A stretch of DNA of 64,000 nt. Source: Tubiluchus corallicola. Its lineage: Eukaryota > Animalia > Priapulida. The first letter of the stretch is position 1. Every line of letters begins with the position of its first letter. The translations under genes were made by a program, and so were the position numbers. Shown here one piece after another: positions 61,372-64,000 of this stretch. The notes beneath the pieces were generated by a model. It worked only from the letters and a program-made list of their open reading frames with translations, did no database searches and was not told where the DNA came from. The stretch is taken from contig JAQGDQ010000029.1 in NCBI GenBank assembly GCA_030141605.1, positions 992,001-1,056,000 on the forward strand. The letters are read 5' to 3'.

Positions 61372-64000
61372 TAATTATGATATATTTTACTTAAAAACTC
61401 CGCAATGTTCTTGGTTGTAATATACCGTAGCTATTCAGTAATCAGTCATACTTGTAGCTAAAATTGATATGTAAGTTTGCAGTTTTGCATTTATTTCTGC
61501 TTTTGTATGTTTTTATAATTAATATTATCCAGTTACATCTTTAAAAGTGAGAAAATAAACCTTTTAAAATGTTTCAAGATTTTTATCCTATACTCAATAT
61601 GGTAGATCAAATTTTTGGTTTGGGGGTGACCTTTTTTGAAAATAAAATGAAATTAATGCCTTTTTTGTTAGTTTTGGACAAAAGTTAATAGATTTATAAC
61701 ACAGGAACATGGGGTTACAAAATGTCATAGCTCTAATGATTTGATCACAGTTAAAAAGAAAGAGGTAGACTAGTTAATCATAACAAGGTTTATTAGTATG
61801 ACTGATATTTCGGGAAACTGATGTTCTTTTCATTGGATTACATAAAATTAATCATATAATTCGAGATTTAAATGACATTCTGGAATTCTATGTGATTAAT
61901 TATAATTATGTAGCCCGATGATGGGAGCAGTGGTTTCCCAAAATATCGTTAATACTGATAAAACTCATTGTTGTTAACTACCTCTTTATTTTGATCATGG
62001 ATACACTACACCACTTATCCATTTTTAAAATCACCACACTTATTGAACTTTGTATGATGTAATATTTGTTATTACACTGTTCCTTTTGGAACACTCTGTA
62101 GAATGCACGTAAAATAGCTTGAGTGCGGTAATGTGAGTAGTGAGTACTTTCGCAGTCAATTTGACGAAAAAATTGCAAGCTTTCGTTCTTGGACAAATAT
62201 GTCACCTGCCCATACATTCTTAATGAGACAGTAAAGGTCTCGCAGAAACAGATAGGGCCTACCTTTCATAACACACTTACTTCAGTTCCAGCAACAGTTT
62301 TCTAAATGTTGGTTTAGGCAAACTTCTTGGTACCTTATAGCCTGCAAGGTTAAACATGTCTCGGGCCATGTCGGAATTGATACTATATCGATTTAGAGTC
62401 AACCTAAAGTAAAAAGACGGCATTAATAACATATGTTCACACGAAGAACAGCTCTAAATCACTGCGTACCTAAAACACATCTTAAACATTTTAGTTTTTT
62501 GTACATTTGGACAAACCCAAGGTCGAAATCCAGCAATAAGTAGCTGCAGAGTGTCATCGATGTGGATGTTTAACCGTAATCTGATTCATTATCAAGGACA
62601 AGTCTCCAAAATGCGCCACTGAACCAGCAAGCGTCTCTTAGTTACATTAAGATTATATACATCCTCCTTCCGCAAGATGAACAGCACTAGAGTTAATATT
62701 GCAAATTAAACCACTCAGAGCGAGTGCTGAACCCACTTTGAGTGCTCGCGTAATACAAATCGTTAGTCAGTTTAACGCATTCATAATTTGTTTTTTTCTA
62801 GAACACAAGGATTGTAATTAGATTAATACCCTGGTGACGTGTTAACCTCCAGTAGCCATGGTTTCAGCTTGTTGTCCAACATGATGTCATATCCGATTAT
62901 TCGTGACAAGAAATGTTTTTCGCGTAAGTATTGGTCAAGTGATGAATTTTAGATTCTGCGCTGCAAAGCAAATGGCATGAGAAAAAACATTAGGAAACTC
63001 TAATCCTTATTTGCAAAATAACTATTAATTCTTAGAAATTGTTAATTAAGAAAGCAGGTCGGGTGCCGTAAGACCTGCAATATGACTTGTTAAACAAAAC
63101 AAAAATTAAGAGTTTAGACATTTTTGTGATTCCATACAAGCTATGTACAAAAACACAAGAACTAAGTGTATTATAATTTTACCAATATAAATTTAGGCCT
63201 ATAGTACTTATATTGCACTTAGCACGTGCAACAACAGCACATTATATGACAGTTTTCAAATTGTTGCTATTCGATTTCGATTGCTAGGCTGGCAAACTGG
63301 CATCAGCCATACGAAAGACTATTGCCAATTTCCTACTGAACAATATGTGCATTGGTATAATCTAATAGACGCGACATAGCAGAAGGCCTAATACAGTAGT
63401 ATGATTTTGTCATGGTTTCTCAGTTATATTGAAAGAATTACCTTAGAAAATGTTTTATTACTAGGTCCTTATTTCTTCCCAAATAACGTCTGCACGAATG
63501 CCTCGAGATTCAAAGTAATGCCATAAAGTTTTCAAGCTCCTAAAAATACACTTAAAATTTTAGACGTCAATGAAGACTACAAGTTAGAAGCATAAAAGAA
63601 GTGAAAAAATTCTGTACTTTTATATACAGTTGACCTGAAAGGAAATTTGAAATAAGCTAACTGCATTAAAAAGGGGAAAATGGAATTTTAAAGTGCGTCC
63701 CAGACAACCTTTTACACAGAGTTGTATTACTTAGTATTATGCTTGCCTGTTTGGAGGGCTTGTGTAAGTGGAAGAGAAAATTCTTAGTAATTTAAAAAGT
63801 TCATGCCAACTTGCAAAATGTCACTGATACACCTTCTGTGCACCACAGATTCACCAAAAAAGAGTATTTTTACTCTTACTGACTAGACACATTAATTTAT
63901 ACTTTTGCTTAGTTTGTGTGGTGTGTGCTAAGAATAAATTTTATCATTTTTTCAAACTTTATACGATGTTACTTTATGCAAACTTGTTTCAAACGACCTA

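Larger units (their letters stand above)
59279..62098 (+). mobile_element. Decayed hAT-superfamily (hATm-like) DNA transposon in a TTLL4 intron
   Basis: Terminal inverted repeats CAGGGTGTTCCAAAA (59279-) and TTTTGGAACACTCTG (-62098), plus degenerate subterminal inverted repeats ~59370-59515 / ~61610-61755. Fragmented transposase ~59760-61371 with LHFVGK, ADTTSVNTGRRNG, QHHVFD (CxxH region), SNARRNSRAILALL (RW position mutated) and NQCAE. A possible degenerate 8-bp TSD is gagtaatg / tag-aatg. The subfamily assignment is from recalled motifs. Confidence 0.8.
56890..63539 (-). pseudogene. TTLL4: TTLL4-like tubulin monoglutamylase, 3' portion, disrupted (pseudogene or consensus errors); the 5' part lies beyond the window end
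   Basis: Exon 63539-63442 (SLKTLWHYFESRGIRADVIWEEI/KDLVIK) is 98 nt with a frameshift giving TAG TAA TAA. Exon 62960-62830 reads SCHE*/GYDIMLDNKLKPWLLEVNTSP with a stop and frameshift. Exon 62403-62281 (RDMFNLAGY) has a shortened start. Exons 58592-58469 and 58318-58108 are intact (LTPADVSELIEVEDEYQRRGGFQRIFPS...RYSNLL). Stop-riddled exon-like segments continue down to ~56890; this boundary is approximate. Confidence 0.75.

Noticed and set aside
59277-62100. Tc1/mariner assignment from CAGGGTG ends and the right-hand TA
   Set aside because: The transposase fragments carry hAT-type motifs (DTT..NTG, xxHH, N..AE), not DD34E/D.

Overview
This is AT-rich, intron-containing animal (invertebrate) genomic DNA, not prokaryotic. 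Most entries in the supplied ORF track are spurious, and the real genes were assembled by hand from GT-AG exons with consistent phases. Contents: (1) a Rap1 GTPase-activating protein gene (+, CDS ~8458-28689) with an intact KRHIGND catalytic helix, two tandem 87-nt GoLoco exons and a candidate first exon encoding a transmembrane signal-anchor; (2) a convergent NAD kinase gene (-, 31729-49423) with long and short alternative first coding exons; (3) an intronless, divergent ENOSF1/L-fuconate dehydratase-like gene (-, 51202-52554) downstream of a Gypsy-like remnant and a 61-bp hairpin MITE; (4) the 3' part of a TTLL4-like tubulin glutamylase gene (-) with frameshifts and stops (pseudogene or consensus error); (5) a decayed hAT (hATm-like) DNA transposon (59279-62098) in a TTLL4 intron, with an array of perfect heat-shock elements just upstream of its transposase. 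Small tandem repeats and tRNA-derived SINE remnants are also present. Homology calls come from recalled motifs; no database search was run.
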